A DNA stretch of 64,000 nt from Hemiscyllium ocellatum (GCF_020745735.1 NC_083419.1:51308135-51372134), one strand, 5' to 3'. Counted from the first letter of the stretch, positions 11,806 through 26,700 are shown. Numbers and translations: made by a program. Notes: generated by a model from the letters alone, not told the origin.

Positions 11806-14644
11806 AAATTGGAGGTGTAGCGGACAGCGAAGAAGGTTACCTCGGATCTTGATCAGATGAGCCAATGAGCTGAGAAGTGGCAGATGGAATTTAATTTAGA
11901 TAAATACGAGGTGCTGCATTTTGAAAAAGCAAATCAGCAGGACTTATACACTTAATGGTAAGATCCTGAGAACTGCTGCTGAACAAAGAGACCTTGGAGT
12001 GCAGGTTGATAGTTCCTTGAAAGTAGAGTTGCAGATAGATAGGATAGTGAAGAAGGCATTTGGTATGCAATCCTTTATTGGTCAGAGCATTGAGTACAGG
12101 AGTTGGAAGGTCATGTTGGAGCTGTACAGGACATTGGTTAGGCCACTGTTGGAATATTGCATGCAATTCTAGTCTCCCTCCTACTGGAAGGATGTTGTGA
12201 AACTTGAAAGGGTTCAGAGAAGATTTACAAAGATGTTGCCAGGGTTGGAGGATTTGAACTACAGGGAGAGGCTGAACAGGCTGGGGCTGTTTTCCATGGA
12301 GCAGCGGAGGCTGAGGGGTGACCTTATAGAGGTTTATAAAATTATGAGGGACACAGATAGGATAAATAGACAAGGTCTTTTCCCTGGGGTGGGGGAGTCC
12401 AGAACTAGAGGGCATAGGTTTAGGGTGAGAGGGGAAAGATATAAAAGGGACCTACGAAGCAACAGAGGCTGGTGCGTGTATGGAATGAGCTGTCAGAGGA
12501 AGTGGTGAAGGCTGGTACAATTACAACATTTAAAAGCCATCTGGATGGGTATATGAATGGGAAGGATTTAGAGGGACATGGGCCAAGTGTTGGCAAATGG
12601 GGCTAGATTATGTTGGGATATCTGGTCGGCATGGACGAGGTGGACCAAAGGATCTGTTTCCATGTTGTACATCTCTATGAATCTATGACTCTCCCTATAG
12701 CTCAAATCCTCCAATTCTGGCAACATTCTTGTAAATCTTTTCTGAACCTTTTCAAGTTTCACAACATCCTTCCTACAGCAGGGAGACCAGAACTGTACGC
12801 AATATTCCAAAATGGGAAGATATAGTATATTGGAAAGGAAAGGAAAACTCTTCAATCCTGACTGATCTGACTATAAAAGTACAATCTGACTATAAACTGC
12901 CCAACAGGCTCCAATTTCATCATATTCAACAAAATTTAAATTTTCAAAATAATCAAAAAAATTCAAATTGCCCAGATCATCACAGAATGAAAACAAGCTC
13001 TGCTAAGACTCATAGTAAACTTTCAAAAGACAAACTAGGTAAAAATGCCTGGAAATCAAACAAAAGCTGTGCCAATGCTTTCTAAATGGATGACTGCTCA
13101 ACAATATATCATTAAAAACTATGGCTTTCCAGATAAAAAGCCTTTGCTCTCACTGCCTATCTCTTGCAACAGTATCAAAGTGTATTAAGATCTTTTCAGT
13201 GAATCATTTTCACAGAATATAAATTAAGTTTGAATTTACATTGTGATAATTCATTCTGAACATTAAGTTAAAACCAGCCTAGATTAATGAAATGGAAGTC
13301 TCCAGCTGGGTACAAGGATTTTCTGTGGTATATTGGTGTGACTGGTCTTAATGCACTTTGAACATTCATATTTCAGACCATTCAGGAATCCTTTCTTGTA
13401 AAATTCAGCTTTGGAACTGGTAGATTCTTAAATTGAAACAGTGGTACATTTATGAGTGTTATTATGCTCTTCATTAAAAAAAAGTGTCTGCTTTAACAAT
13501 GGGTGGTAAAAAAATAGAAAATTACACAATTTTCATTTTCACCTCTTGTTCCTATGAAGAGATAGCACCAAAGACAGTTTTAAACAATGAAGCATTTGAA
13601 TATCCCAAAACTCAGACTAATGTTTCATTTTTGGAAACTCTTGGGGAGAAAAGAACAACAGGAAAGCAAGAGCATTAATTATTCTTTGCTATTAAGCTCC
13701 GTGAATTTCCCCATTGCTTCTTGTGACTCATGCTGTGATATAACACCATGAGTGCTGGTAGCTGAGGTCATTGTTCATCTGGGAGTCTGGACAATTAGTG
13801 CTGGTAGACCATTCCGTGTATGGGGAATGGAAGCACTGAAGCTTTACCTGATTTCTATGAATGTACTTTTCAACATTGATCATGGACTATTTACAAGGTG
13901 CAAAAGCTCTAGGTGACTTTCCCTCCCTGGCTAACTTGATTATTCCCATTGGTATAAGTGAACTAACTCAGCACAGATCTCATATCAAACTTATTCTATG
14001 TGGCTCAGTTCAATTCGAGGTAAGAAGCTGACATGTTGCTGCAGCAGAGCAGCTCTGCAGGAATGATTATTCTTAATAATTAATGGAATTTCAGTACATA
14101 GGTTAATAAAAGTGATGGAGTTTACCACAGTGTTAGTATAACATTGCTTACCAGCCTATTTGGAAAACAATGTCCCTTGAAGAACTGTTCTTCAACAAGA
14201 CACGCTATTATGAAGATTATTTCAGCAGAAGCATTAAAAATCCACAGAGGCTTGTTAAATCTTACTGATAGAATTAGTGCAATTGATAAAAGAGAACTGA
14301 AACACAGGCAGTTAGTGAAATTCAATTTTTAATGTTCTTGGTTTAATTGCTTTATATTAATTAGGAGCCTTGTCATTGAACCCTTTTTCATTACAATGAT
14401 TTTACTCCTTGGTATTGTCTATTTACAAATCGTATAAAAATTGCAAAGTCTCAGCATTCTTAAATGTGCTGCTTGATAATTTTGCCTAATTCTGTAAAGA
14501 TAAAAAAAAGGCAGTTTCTGGAATTCATTCAACAGACTATGTACAAGTCTCTAAACCTCTGTGTTACAGTTAATTTTTTTCACTCAAACGACTCCCTGCA
14601 TTTGAAGGTTGCTTTCTTGCTGCTAGGAAGTGCTATGCTCTCCT

Positions 14645-14718
14645 TCACTTGTCCTTGTACTTTGCAAACAAACAATGCAAGATTCGGATCGTGGCTTTAC
14701 TGTCCAGATTTACAATAT
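14645..14718 (-). CDS. PARVG: PARVG last coding exon ([24 protein letters not shown])
   Basis: ctctccacag| acceptor, parvin C-terminal DIVN.D.K.T.R.L..LF.KY motif, TGA at 14647-14645. Confidence 0.96.
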
Positions 14719-17700
14719 CTGTGGAGAGCAGGAAAGAGAGGAAGTTTCTCTTAAAATGTGCAATCACAATCATAACGAATATACAAACAAAGAAGATATC
14801 CAAGTCTATCACTAAACAATCATACAGCTCTCATTCCAGAACCTTTGCTGGCTTGAAAGTTCACTTCAAGCCTTATTCTTTGTAACGTGATTAAACCTTC
14901 CCTGATATTGGACCTAAATTTGTTTTTCACCCATTCTGATTCTCTCCACTCCACCACCAACACCTACCCCATTCACCTCACCCCCATCCCCCACCAACCC
15001 CCATCCTCTTATGTCATATAACAAAGTTTCAGAGTTAATTCTGTAAGATCTCCAGTTTGAAAGGGTATGACAGCCTGTAATTTGTGATCTCAGGGGTGAA
15101 AGGAAGGATCTGCTCCATAATAAAGAAAAGTTATAACTTCCATGGATCTGATTTTACATTTACATCCCAACAATACACTGAAACTTGCAAGTAATGTGGC
15201 TTCAAAAGCAGATCAGAGGCTGGGAAGTCTGTAGTTACATGTCCCCTGTCTCCCAAAAGACTGCCCACCATCCACATGGCACAAGTCACGAGTGTGTTGG
15301 AATCCTCTTCACTTGCCTGGATGAGTGTAACACCAACAATATCCAAGGAGATTAGCACCATTCGGCACAAAACAGTTGACATGACTGGCACCCCTTCCAT
15401 TACCTCAAACATGCACTCCCTCCAGCACTGATGCACAGAGTGCCTACAGTGTGTACTACATACGGGATGCACTCAACAAGGTTCCTTAATATCTAAATGG
15501 TAATTAAACGACACTGAGATAATGGGGCTGAGGTAGTATTTCTTCTTAGACCATAAAAAATAGGAAGAGAAGCAGGCTGTCCCGCCCCTCAATCCATGAC
15601 CCTTGATTCCCAGACTGATTAAGAATCTACCTGTCTCAGCCTTAAATACACATAAGGACTCTATCCCCACAGCTCTCTGTGGCAAGGAATTCCAAAGACT
15701 CTGAACCACCTGAGAGAAGAAATCCTCCTCATCGCAATCTTAAACAGGCATCCTTTCAATGTGAAACTATACCCTCTGCTTCTGGAGGGTGCTTTTCCTT
15801 AGTGTTTTCAGCAAGTCATCAATAATTTCAACAAATATCCATCCTTCTCTGCAATTTCCGAATATCCATCCTTCTCTGTAACTCACAAACACGGCACACA
15901 GATGTAAAATAAAACACAAAGTTCCATATATTACTCAATTGCAGATTTATTTGGTTTTTCCCTTTATTCTGGCCTTACTGATGACTGCTCCGAGAGGGAG
16001 CTATTTTATCACACCTTTAGCTAGCTTCATGTGTTTACAGCTGGCTTTGAGTTGTTTTTTTTTAAAAAAGCTAGCAGTTTGTTTTGCTTGTCCCGTTTGT
16101 TGTCACTCTGGGTGAACACCTGGTTGCCTCATGTGGCACTACTCCAATGTTCAGTTTTAAATATCTTTGCATGGAATTGAGGGATTATCAGAGAGCTTCA
16201 TCTGAGTTTTGTTCATTATTTCATCACCTTCCCATGTGTTCACACTCCTCTTTAAAACAGCAGTGATCAGTGACACCAACCAAGTGGACTTTAGGATAAA
16301 GAGAAGGAAGGATGACAACATTGGATGTTCCAGTATTTGCAAGATTAATATTCACTCTATCTTTCAGTTTGCATCAAATCTTTGTGCAGATACATACTAT
16401 CAAAACCACCTGTCTAATAATAGTGTCTGAATTATTTTAGAATGTGCAGTTCATCTAATTTTTAAATAAATTTTACGCAGTTAAAATTAATGTACAGGTC
16501 GTTCTGCTATAACGCGATAGTTATAAAAATCGCACCAACGAAAACAGCTATAGAAAACTGCCCTATGGAAAAATGGCTATAGAAAACCACTATACCTGTT
16601 CAACAAAACATCCTCCACAATTCTTCAATCGTGTTATAACCAATTCATGTTGACGAAAACGTGTTATATCAGAACAACCTATAGCTGAATGCTGGCTTTG
16701 GAGTTGGATGATGCTGGACTTGTTACCTATTTTGTTACTGGCAGGCTGCTCTACTGCCATACTCCAAGCCATCCATGACCCCACCCAAACTGGATCATGA
16801 ACCTCCCATTGCCTAAAGACCCTGCCTCAAAACTCCAACAAAATCTAAATTTGCTGGGCCCTTGATCCTGAGACTGTTCGTTTTGAGAGCGAGTGTACCT
16901 GCAAATAGTTACTTAGAGCCTGAGTTACTGAGGGCCTATACTTTCCATATAAAATCATCCCTACAGCTGGTTCATTTTCCTAGAGGTGGGTTCAAGAAAA
17001 ATCAAATGTCTCATCAATAACTCAACTTCAAGGAAGCGAATCTATATTCTATTCTGGTTGTGGTCTAAATAGCCCAAATCAGATGGATTCCAGTCTCAGC
17101 CTCGGCTAAGTCTCATCGCCACAGGAACTTAGCCCAGCTGCACTGTCCGAGAAATAGGCAAAATCACAACAACCTTAATCTTCAAAAGTACAAAAAAAGG
17201 ACCTTCTTATCTTCCTAAATATTCACTGACCTGCAGGATCAATTGGGTGCTTCAACAGTCCTCTCTCTTTAAGAAGTTCCAGCACAAATGTAACATTGTG
17301 AAGCTGTAATTGAAGACAGCATATGTTATAATGGGCTTTATTTTCTGTGCAAAAGATATCAGCGCCTCATTCAGGTACATGAGAAATGAATTTTAGTTAA
17401 AAATTTGAATTAAATCTGAAGATGTGCATTAGAATTTTTGTAGAAACTGTAGAGGCTCTTTCTTGTTGTCCCCAATTCCCATCCACATCACCAATAAATT
17501 TAATAAAGTATGTTGATGATCGGGGATTAATATAATATGTATTAATAGTAATGTGGAGTGATTAGCTGTGAATCTGTTAATTATCAGGCTTCTTAAAGCT
17601 TCACATCACTCCAACCTCAAACAGCGCTGATAAGCTAGTGCAGTCACACATTGAGTTAAATGAGAATCCAGGATTTTGAAATTCACAGATACCTATAAAG

Positions 17701-20700
17701 TCTAAACTAAGTACTTCATGCATTTATCATACCCAGAGCTTATCTCAACACAACAGCAAGCTGTGCTACAATGCAGTAGGAAACAAATGTGAGATTCATC
17801 ACATGGAGGTTGTTTACGTGGAGTGCTGAATGCAAAGATAGATCTCCTGTCCAATCCTGCAAGTCAACTGATTGAGTTGACTCAATTGCTCACATTACCC
17901 TCATGAGCTTGGGTCCACAAACTCGCAGTGATTGTTTCCTTCCTTTTCAACTATGGAGCTTTGCAAGGCATCATAATAAGTGCTTGAGAAAGCAGAAAAA
18001 TCAAAAACAAGACATGTATAACAAAGACAATTTTAAACTCACCTTTTCGTTGTAATCTGAAGGATTTAAAAAATATTCGCTCAGGTGAATGAAGTAGCCT
18101 TCTAACTGCCCAATTAACAGAATCAGGATCACCCCATTGGAAAACTGGGAAATAAATACAGTAATGAACAGAATCCAATTAGGACAGAGGACCAATTCAT
18201 CCATTTTCAATTAATATTTAACTATAGTTTAGATGCAACAACGTTTCTCTCCAAGAAAAATAGACACTTTTGAGTCTTTCGTCTATACTAGTTGAAATGC
18301 AATATTATTTACAATGTTCTGGTTGTCTCACTGCCAGAAGGAATTGGAGGCTTTGGAGAGGGTACAGAAATGGTTTACTAAGCTGTTGCTTGGTTGGGAG
18401 AGTATTAGCTATGAGGAGAGATTGGACCAACTTGGTTTGCTTTCACTTAAAGTCAAAGGATGAGGGGCGATGTGAGAGAAGTTAACAAAATTACGGTCAG
18501 CATGGATAGAATGGATTGTCAGTCTTTTCCCAGCATAGAAATGTCAACTATTAGGAAGCATGATTTGGAGATGCTTGGACTGGGGTGTACAAAGTTAAAA
18601 ATCACACAACACCAGGTTATAGTCCAACAGATTTAATTGGAAGCACACTAGCTTTCGGAGCGTAGCTCCTTCATGCGACTATCACCTGATGAAGGAGCGT
18701 CGCTCTGAAAGCTAGTGTGCTCCCAATTAAACCTGTTGGACTATAACTTGGTGTTGTGTGATTTTTAACTTTGTACTAGGAAGCATAGGTGAGAGGTAAA
18801 AGGCAGAAGTTTAAAGGAACTGTGAGAGGTGATTTTTCTTTTTACACAGAGAGTACAGCATGGAAATAGACCCTTTAGTCCGCGTCATCTATGCCGACCA
18901 GATATCCTAATCTAATATATCTTGGGACATTAGGCAGTCCAGGTGACAGAGGTGTCAGTAGGGGGAGCACTTTGGGGCTAGCAACCCTAAATCCATTAGT
19001 TTTAAAATGGCGATGGAAAAGGACATGCCAGATCTAAAAGTTGAAGTTCTAAATTGGAGAAAGGCTAATTTTGATGGTATTAGGCAAGAACTTTCAAAAG
19101 CTGATTGGGCACAGATGTTCACAGGTAAAGGGACGGCTGAAAAATGGGAAGCCTTCAGAAATGAGATAACGAGAATCCAAAGACAGTATGTTCCTGTTAG
19201 GGTGAAAGGAAAGGCTGGTAGCTAGAGGGAGTGCTGGTTGATGAGAGAAATTGAGGTTTTGGTTAAGAAAAAGAAGGAATCATATGTCAGGAGAGATCGA
19301 GAGAATCCTTAGGAGAATATAAAGCCAGTAGGAGTACACTTAAGTGGGAAATCAGGAGGGCAAAAAGGGGCATGAGATAGCATTGGCAAATAGGGTTAAG
19401 GAGAATCCAAGGGGTTTTTACCAATACATTAAAGACAAAAGGGTAACAAATGAGAGAATAGAGCCCTTCAAAGATCAGCAAGGTAGCCTATGTGTAGAGC
19501 CAAAGGAGATGGTGGAGATACTAAACAAGTATTTTGCATCAGTGTTTACTGTGGAGAAGGACATGGAAGATATAGAATGAACTTAAATAGATGGTGACAT
19601 CATAAAAAATGTCCATATTACAAAAGAGATGTGTGCTGGATGTCTTGAAACACATAAAAGTGGATAAATCCCCAGGATCTGATCAGGTGTATCCTAGAAC
19701 TCAGTGGGAAGCTAGGGAAGTGATTGCTGGGCTACATGCTGAGACATTGTATCATTGATAGTTACAGGTGATGTGCTGGAAGACTAGAGGTTGGCTAATG
19801 TGGTGCCACTTTTTAAGAAAGGTGGTAAGGACAAGCAAGGGAACTATAGACCGGTGAGTCTGAAGTCGGTGGTGGGCAAGTTGTTGGAGGGAATCCTGAG
19901 GGACAGGATTTAAATTTATTTGGAAAGGTAAGGACTGATTAGGGATAGTCAGCATTGCTTTGTATGTGGGAAATCATGTCTCACAAACTTGATTGAGATT
20001 TTTGAACAAGTAACAAAGAGGATTGATTAGGGCAGAGCAGTGGACAGCAGTAGACACTCCCAAGGACCTTACCATGAAGTGTAGAAGTCCTGCTAAGATT
20101 TGCTTTCCTAAAATGCAGCACCTCACATTTATTTGAATTAAACTCCATCTGCCACTCCTCAGCCCATTGGCCCATCTGATCAAGATCCTGTTGCATTCAA
20201 AGGTAACCTTCGCTGTCCACAACTCCTCCAATTTTGGTGTCATCTGCAAAATTACTAACTATACCTCCTATGTTTACATCCAAATCATTTATATAAATGA
20301 CAAAACGTACTGATCCTTGTGGCACTCCACTGGTCACAGGCCTCCAGTCTGAAATGCAACCCTCCACCACGACCCTCTATCTTCTATCTTTGAGCCAGTT
20401 TTGTACCAAATGGCTAGTTCTCCCTGTTTTCCATGAGATCTAACCTTGTTAGCTAGTCTCCCGTGGGGAACCTTGTCGAACGCCTTACTGAAGTCCATAT
20501 AGATCATGTCTACTGCTCTGGCCTCATCAATCCTCTTTGTTTCTGTGCTGTATATCTTCATGACTCTATGACCCTAATTCTCAACACCAACATTTACTGA
20601 GACATTCCTACACAATATAAGTTAAAGTAGTCCTCTCAGCATTTCATCAGAATTCATGGCTTAATTCATTGATTAGAGCTTTATTCTCATGGAATCAGTG

Positions 20701-23700
20701 TTCCTCTAGGTTACTTTACATAAGTAGGAGATCATGCTCAATGAAGCACAATGATGATGTTCACAAACGAGACTTATAATATGCCTTAGTAATAATTTTC
20801 AAGATTCAGAGCTCAAGACCACATTTCCTGTACTTGATGAACTTTTACTGGAACCTGTGGCCCAGAGCAGCACATTCACCCCTGAGTCTGGTAATATAGA
20901 ATTCCAGTTTCACTCTTGAGATTGTTGCACAAAAGCCAGTATAGTACAGAAGGAGTGCTACATTGTTAGAGATGACAATTTTTGAATGAAACATTAACTG
21001 GACTCTTCTTGAGGGGTTATCAAATATCTCAAGGCAATAGTTAAAGGATGACCATCTCCCTCTCCTGGCCAACATTTATCCTTCAAACATAGTCACTAAA
21101 AGTTATCTTGTCATCAACACAAAACTGTTTAGGTAGATTACATTATGTAAATTGGTTACTGTGCTTGCCCCTGCAACAGTAACTACACATCAAAACACTC
21201 TTCAACAGCTGTAAAATACTTTACGAGATCCTGGGGCCCTGTGGGGTGCCATACAAATGCAGTTGTTTTAAATTAGGAATTAAGAAAGAAATTGAAAAAT
21301 TACATTTTTATAGTTTGAGCAATTCAGCTTGAATTGATCTCAGACGCCATTCTGTTTAAGTGTTGCTGGAGAGCAGAACCCAATCAGAATAATGCTGTTG
21401 ACATTTAACCCTTTGGCAATTTCTGCAGATCTCTTGCCTGGACACTGCAATCAGCTGCAGTTGTTTATCAGAGTGAATACCTACAAGGCATTTCAGTTTT
21501 ACTGTCGAGTATTCCATCCCGATCGTGGCTAAATCTAAACAATGTCACACATGTGCACAGTATTAACACTCTACATGTGCCAACCATGAGGGTCGATGTA
21601 TTCCCAGCTGATGCATGCCAGCAGAACACAGGTTCAGGGGAGGGGGTCCATGAGGGGCCCTGGATAAGACCTGAACGCATGACAGGATGAAGAGGAAAGA
21701 TAATGCACGGAACTAACATGGGCAGGGGAGAAGGCTTGAAATTCGGTAGGAGTTAGAGGAAGAGGGTGGAGAGAAGCCGGGGTGGGGGGAGCGAAATCAG
21801 TGGGGGTAGGGAAAGGAACCCTCAGGCAGGAGAAAAGATTGGGATTTGGAGGAAAAGGTGGAAACCAGGAACGCAGCAGGGGAAATAGGAAGAAGAGGAG
21901 GAAGAGGAAATATACACCAAATGGTGGGGTGCAAAAGCAGAAGGAAACGTGGGGGAATATAAAAACAGGTCTCTGAAGGTGGCAGAGCAAGTGAAGAATG
22001 GTGCTGAGAAGGCTTACAAAGTTATTAAAACATCAACACAGTAGTAGATGACATGACCCCTTATGTCTGCCCTGCCATTTAATCCCATCATGACCAATCT
22101 TCTTGCTGAGCTCCTTATTCTGCCTGCTCCAGATATCCCTCACTTTCTTGGTTTTTTTAAATGGAAACAAGCAAGCAAATTACACTAAACTTTCATAAAC
22201 ACTGATTAGGCTTCAGCTGGGCTCCTGCAGCCAATTCCGACAGAGGCAGGTCTCTGGACTGATAGTAATGCTGAGCTGTGTGAAGAGGTTAGAGAAACAG
22301 CCAGTGTTATGCTATAAACAGGTATAGTTTGTGTTCCCATTACTAGGTACTCCATTACACCTGTGTAATATTTGCCAGGTTCAACTACTCCAAAGCTCTC
22401 TTAGTCAGTCTGCATGCATAAAGAACTTGAATTTATCAAAACCTCTGCTCAATGTACCTTAATTCACAGCAAGTCCCATTTACTCAGTGCCAATGTTCAG
22501 TAAACTACATTGCCTGCCAGTCTAGCAATGCCCCAATATTAAAATTCTTCTTTGCATTTTAAAATCCCTCCATTCTTCATCCCTTCCCTTCTGAATTTGG
22601 CAATGTTCGTGTCATTCATTCTCCAAATTCATTACAGTAATGTTACGCCAGTCTTGACATATGATCAGTGCTCCTGCGATGGAGGATACCCAGAGAGTTT
22701 AATTTTTAGGCTATGCTCAACCTGTCGAGTGGAGATTACTCCATAAATAGACGCTGTGGGTGAGCTGTAATGGTGAACGTCTGGAAAAAAATGAACGTTA
22801 ATGAATTTCTTCTGAAAATTAAGTGGAGCTTCTTCATGGAGCAGTCTTGATGAAGCATAGTTACATCTGCGGAAATGAACTTGTTACTTTCCTCACAAAG
22901 ATTATGCTTTGACTGGTAAAACTCAGTTAAGGAATCAGAATTATTTAAAAAAACACAAAGAACTGTGGATGCTGGAAAATGGAAGGAAAATGAATCAGAA
23001 TGAATGCACTTGAGTCGCCCATGGTCCTCTGTAACTAAACAGGCAGTGCTATCAACAGCGCAGGGCTTGTTGTATATCTGTAAATAACATTTTCACCTCA
23101 TAAAGTGAGAAATCATTTTGTACATTGCTGGATGCCCTCTAACAACAGTTCTCATTTACATTGAATGTATTGTGACCTATAGCCTTCGATTTTCCATACA
23201 TAGTCATAGAGATGGGAGAAAGTGAGGACTGCAGATGCTGGAGACCAGAGTTGAAAAGTGTGGTGCTGGAAAAACACAGCAGGCCAGGCAGCATCTGAGG
23301 AGCAGGAGAATCGATGTTTCGGGCATAAGCCCTTCTTCAGGAATGAGGCTGGTGTGCCAAATGTGCTGAGATAAAAGGTAGGGGGGAGGGAATTTGGGGG
23401 AGGGGCACTGGGAATACGATAGGTGGAAGGAGGTGAGGGTGAGGGTGATAGGCTGTAGAGGGGGTGGGGGGCGGAGAGGTCGAGAAGAAGATTGCAGGTC
23501 AAGAGGGCGATGCTGAATCCGAGGGTTGGGACTGAGATAAGGTGGGAGGGAAGGGAAATGAGGAAGCTGGACAAATCTACATTTATCCCATGTAGTTGGA
23601 GGGTTCCTAGGCAGAAGATGAGGCGCTCTTCCTCCAGGGTCATGTGGCCAGGGTCTGCCGATGGAGGAGGCTAAGGACCTGCATGTCCTTGGCGGAGAGG

Positions 23701-26700
23701 GAGGGGGAGTTAAAGTGTTCAGCCACGGGGCGGTTGGGTTGGTTGGTGTGGGTGTCCCAGAGGTGTTCCCTGAAACGTTCCGCAAGTAGGCGGCCTGTCT
23801 CCCCAATGTTGAGGAGACCACATTGGGTGCAGCGGATACAGTAAATGATGTGTGTGGAGGTGCAGGTGAATTTGCGACGGATATGAAAGGATCTGTTGGG
23901 GCCTTGGAAGGAGGTGAGGGGGGAGGTGTGGGCGCAAGTTTCCCCAGCCTCATTCCTGAAGAAGAGCTTATGCCTGAAACGTCGATTCTTCATAGTCATA
24001 GAGATGTACAGCATGGAAACAGACCCTTCGGTCCAACTCGTCTCTGCTGACCAGATATCCCAACCTAATCTAGTCCCATTTCCCAGCACTTAGCCCATAT
24101 CCCTCTAAACCCTTCCTATTCATATACCCACCTAGATGCCTTTTAAATGTTGCATTTGTACCAGACTCCACCATTTTGTCTGGCAGCTCATATCTATTAA
24201 CACACCACCCTCTGCTTGGAAATGTTGTCCCTCAGATCTCTTTTATAGCTTTCCCCTTTCACCCTAAACCTATGCCCTCTAGTTCTGGACTCCTCGACCC
24301 CAGGGAAAAGACTTTGCCCATTTATCCTATCCATGCCCTAATGAATTTATAAACCTCTATAAGGTCACCCCTTAGTCTCTGACACTTGACTGTGAATGGA
24401 TAAAATATCTTTCAAAGGATATTTAAAGAAAATATACAAACCTGTGTGGTAAGGTCTTTCACAACCACGCCCAAACGACCCAAATGTTTGTTAGCGAAAT
24501 GAAGTATTGCCTAAAAAAGAAATAAATTCAGTTTATCTTTGCGCCAACACAAAATCAGAGTGTCATATTCAGAGGCATAGAGTTATAAGACCATTCTGTC
24601 CATCAAGCCTATATTGGTTCTTCACTTTCCCATTCTCCCATTCCAGCCTTTTAGCTCAAAGTTTGTTCCCAAGTAGCCAGCCAATTTCCTTTTAAAATAA
24701 TTGATCTTTTCCACTTGCACAATCCTCATAAGAGTTTCAGGTCATTATCACTCACTATCCAAAGACATTTCCCCCACAATTGCTCTGCAGTTCTTTCCAA
24801 AAAACTGAAATTTGTGACCCCTTCATCCTTAAACCATTGGCTAATGGGGCAGCTATTTCAAGATCTACCTTATCTGAACCTTTTCATAATGTTGACAAAT
24901 TAAATATGCTCCTTTTTTCTTACAAGAACAACCTCGGCTTTTCCAACCTAACCTTAAAGCTAAAATCCCCCATAGCTCGAAACATTCTGATGCATCGTTT
25001 GCATCTTCTCAAAGAACTTCACATCTTTCCAAAGTACAGTGGCTAGAGTTGGGCACAATACTTGAGTTTAACTAAAAATTAATGAAGGTTTTACCCGAGT
25101 TTCTTGCTTTTGCACTCAATACATCTGTTTATGAACCCTAAATTCCCTTACACTCTGCTAATTGGTCTCAATTTGTTCCACCACTTTCAAAGATCTATGG
25201 TCATGGATCCGCCCCCCCACCCACCCCTTCCAAAGGTCCCCTTGCCCATTTTCAACTGGATCCTTCAATCAATATGGCATCTTCTTTCTGCCAAAACCCC
25301 ACACTTCTATATTCCATGTGACAACTGTCTACCCATTCTGCTGGCTGACATATGTCTGATGCATTAAACTGGCATTATCCTCACTGCTGCAAATGTGTTG
25401 CTGGTCAAAGCACAGCAGGCCAGGCAGCATCTCAGGAATAGACCAGCAACACATTTGCAGCTGTGATCTCCAGCATCTGCAGACCTCATTTTTTATCCTC
25501 ACTGCTTACCATCCCTCCAAGTTTAGAAGCATTGGCAGTTTTTTAAAAAAAATATGTTACTCCATATGACAATAATCATTTTTTTGTAATAAAGAAAGCA
25601 GTGGTTCATGAAACACCGCTATCACCCTCTGCTCTGCAAAACAACCATTTAGCACAGCATGCTGTTTTCTTTCCCTAAACCATTTTATATTTCTATCTCT
25701 GTCACACAAAAATTTAGGCTATTTATTAGGAATCAGAATAAACTAAAAACAAAGAACGATGGATGCTGGAAGGAGCAGAGATATTAGTACCTGAGGAGGT
25801 AGTTTTTTGCACTTAAACAAAGCACTTGTCACATTGATTGGCAACATGGGATGAGGTGCAGAAATCTCTGATACATTACTGAACTAGTTACTAGGCAATT
25901 TTCACAGCTAGGCATTATTTGTGAAAAGAACAAAGTGTACTGATTGGCAAAAAGACTTTAACAAATTGGCTTAAGTGAGACTGAAATGAATAAATCCAGC
26001 TTTTTTTTAATTCATATATATTCATCATTCACTATGCATGGAGATTTTATTCCCAATAATTTTATACTTTTGCCTATTAAATGGGCTTTTTTGTATTCTT
26101 AGGAGAACAACAAACATGGGTTTTCCTGCTGATACCCTCTCTCCCTCCCACAATGGTGAGATAGCAACAAGATTCAGCTGAAGGTCTGTTGTTGACCACA
26201 GTGCAATTTTGCCACCAGCTACATATCTAAGAACCTCTCTTCGTTTTGGTCCCCTATGATGGTTAAATAGCAGGTGACTGCTAAGACCAGTCTGTGCCCA
26301 GAAGGTTTGACTATAAAAAGGACTGGGCACCACAAATGTTTGAGTTTAAGTCAAACTGCCTGTACAGGATTTTCTCTCCTTACTGTTTCTGATATGCATT
26401 TGCTTTTGAAGGTGACTACATCATTTTCTATTTGTGTAAGCCAGGGGCAGTGATCCTTGGCAAACTTCTCTTGGACTCAAAGTTAATATCAAAATTCTTA
26501 TGTGAAGCTTTAAGAATGTCTTTTGAGGTTCTTCCATTAACTGTTATGATAGCACAAGCTCTTAATAGAAGATTCACTTTGCTGAGGGAGTGTCTGGCAT
26601 TCCAGCAACATGACCAGCCAAATCAATTGTGACTGTCTCAGTAAGGGGTGCATGTGAGCTCAGGTGAGCACCTCAGTGTCTGCTATTTTGTCCTGTCATC

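Larger units (their letters stand above)
9743..12690 (+). mobile_element. CR1/HER1-like LINE 3' part (RT and tail), split by the half-L1 insertion
   Basis: [31 protein letters not shown] and [13 protein letters not shown] peptides; CTATGA-type tail near 12675-12690. Confidence 0.9.

Noticed and set aside
14328-14347. Two ATTAAA hexamers on the minus strand as the PARVG polyA signal
   Set aside because: Plausible but indistinguishable from chance in AT-rich DNA without transcript data.
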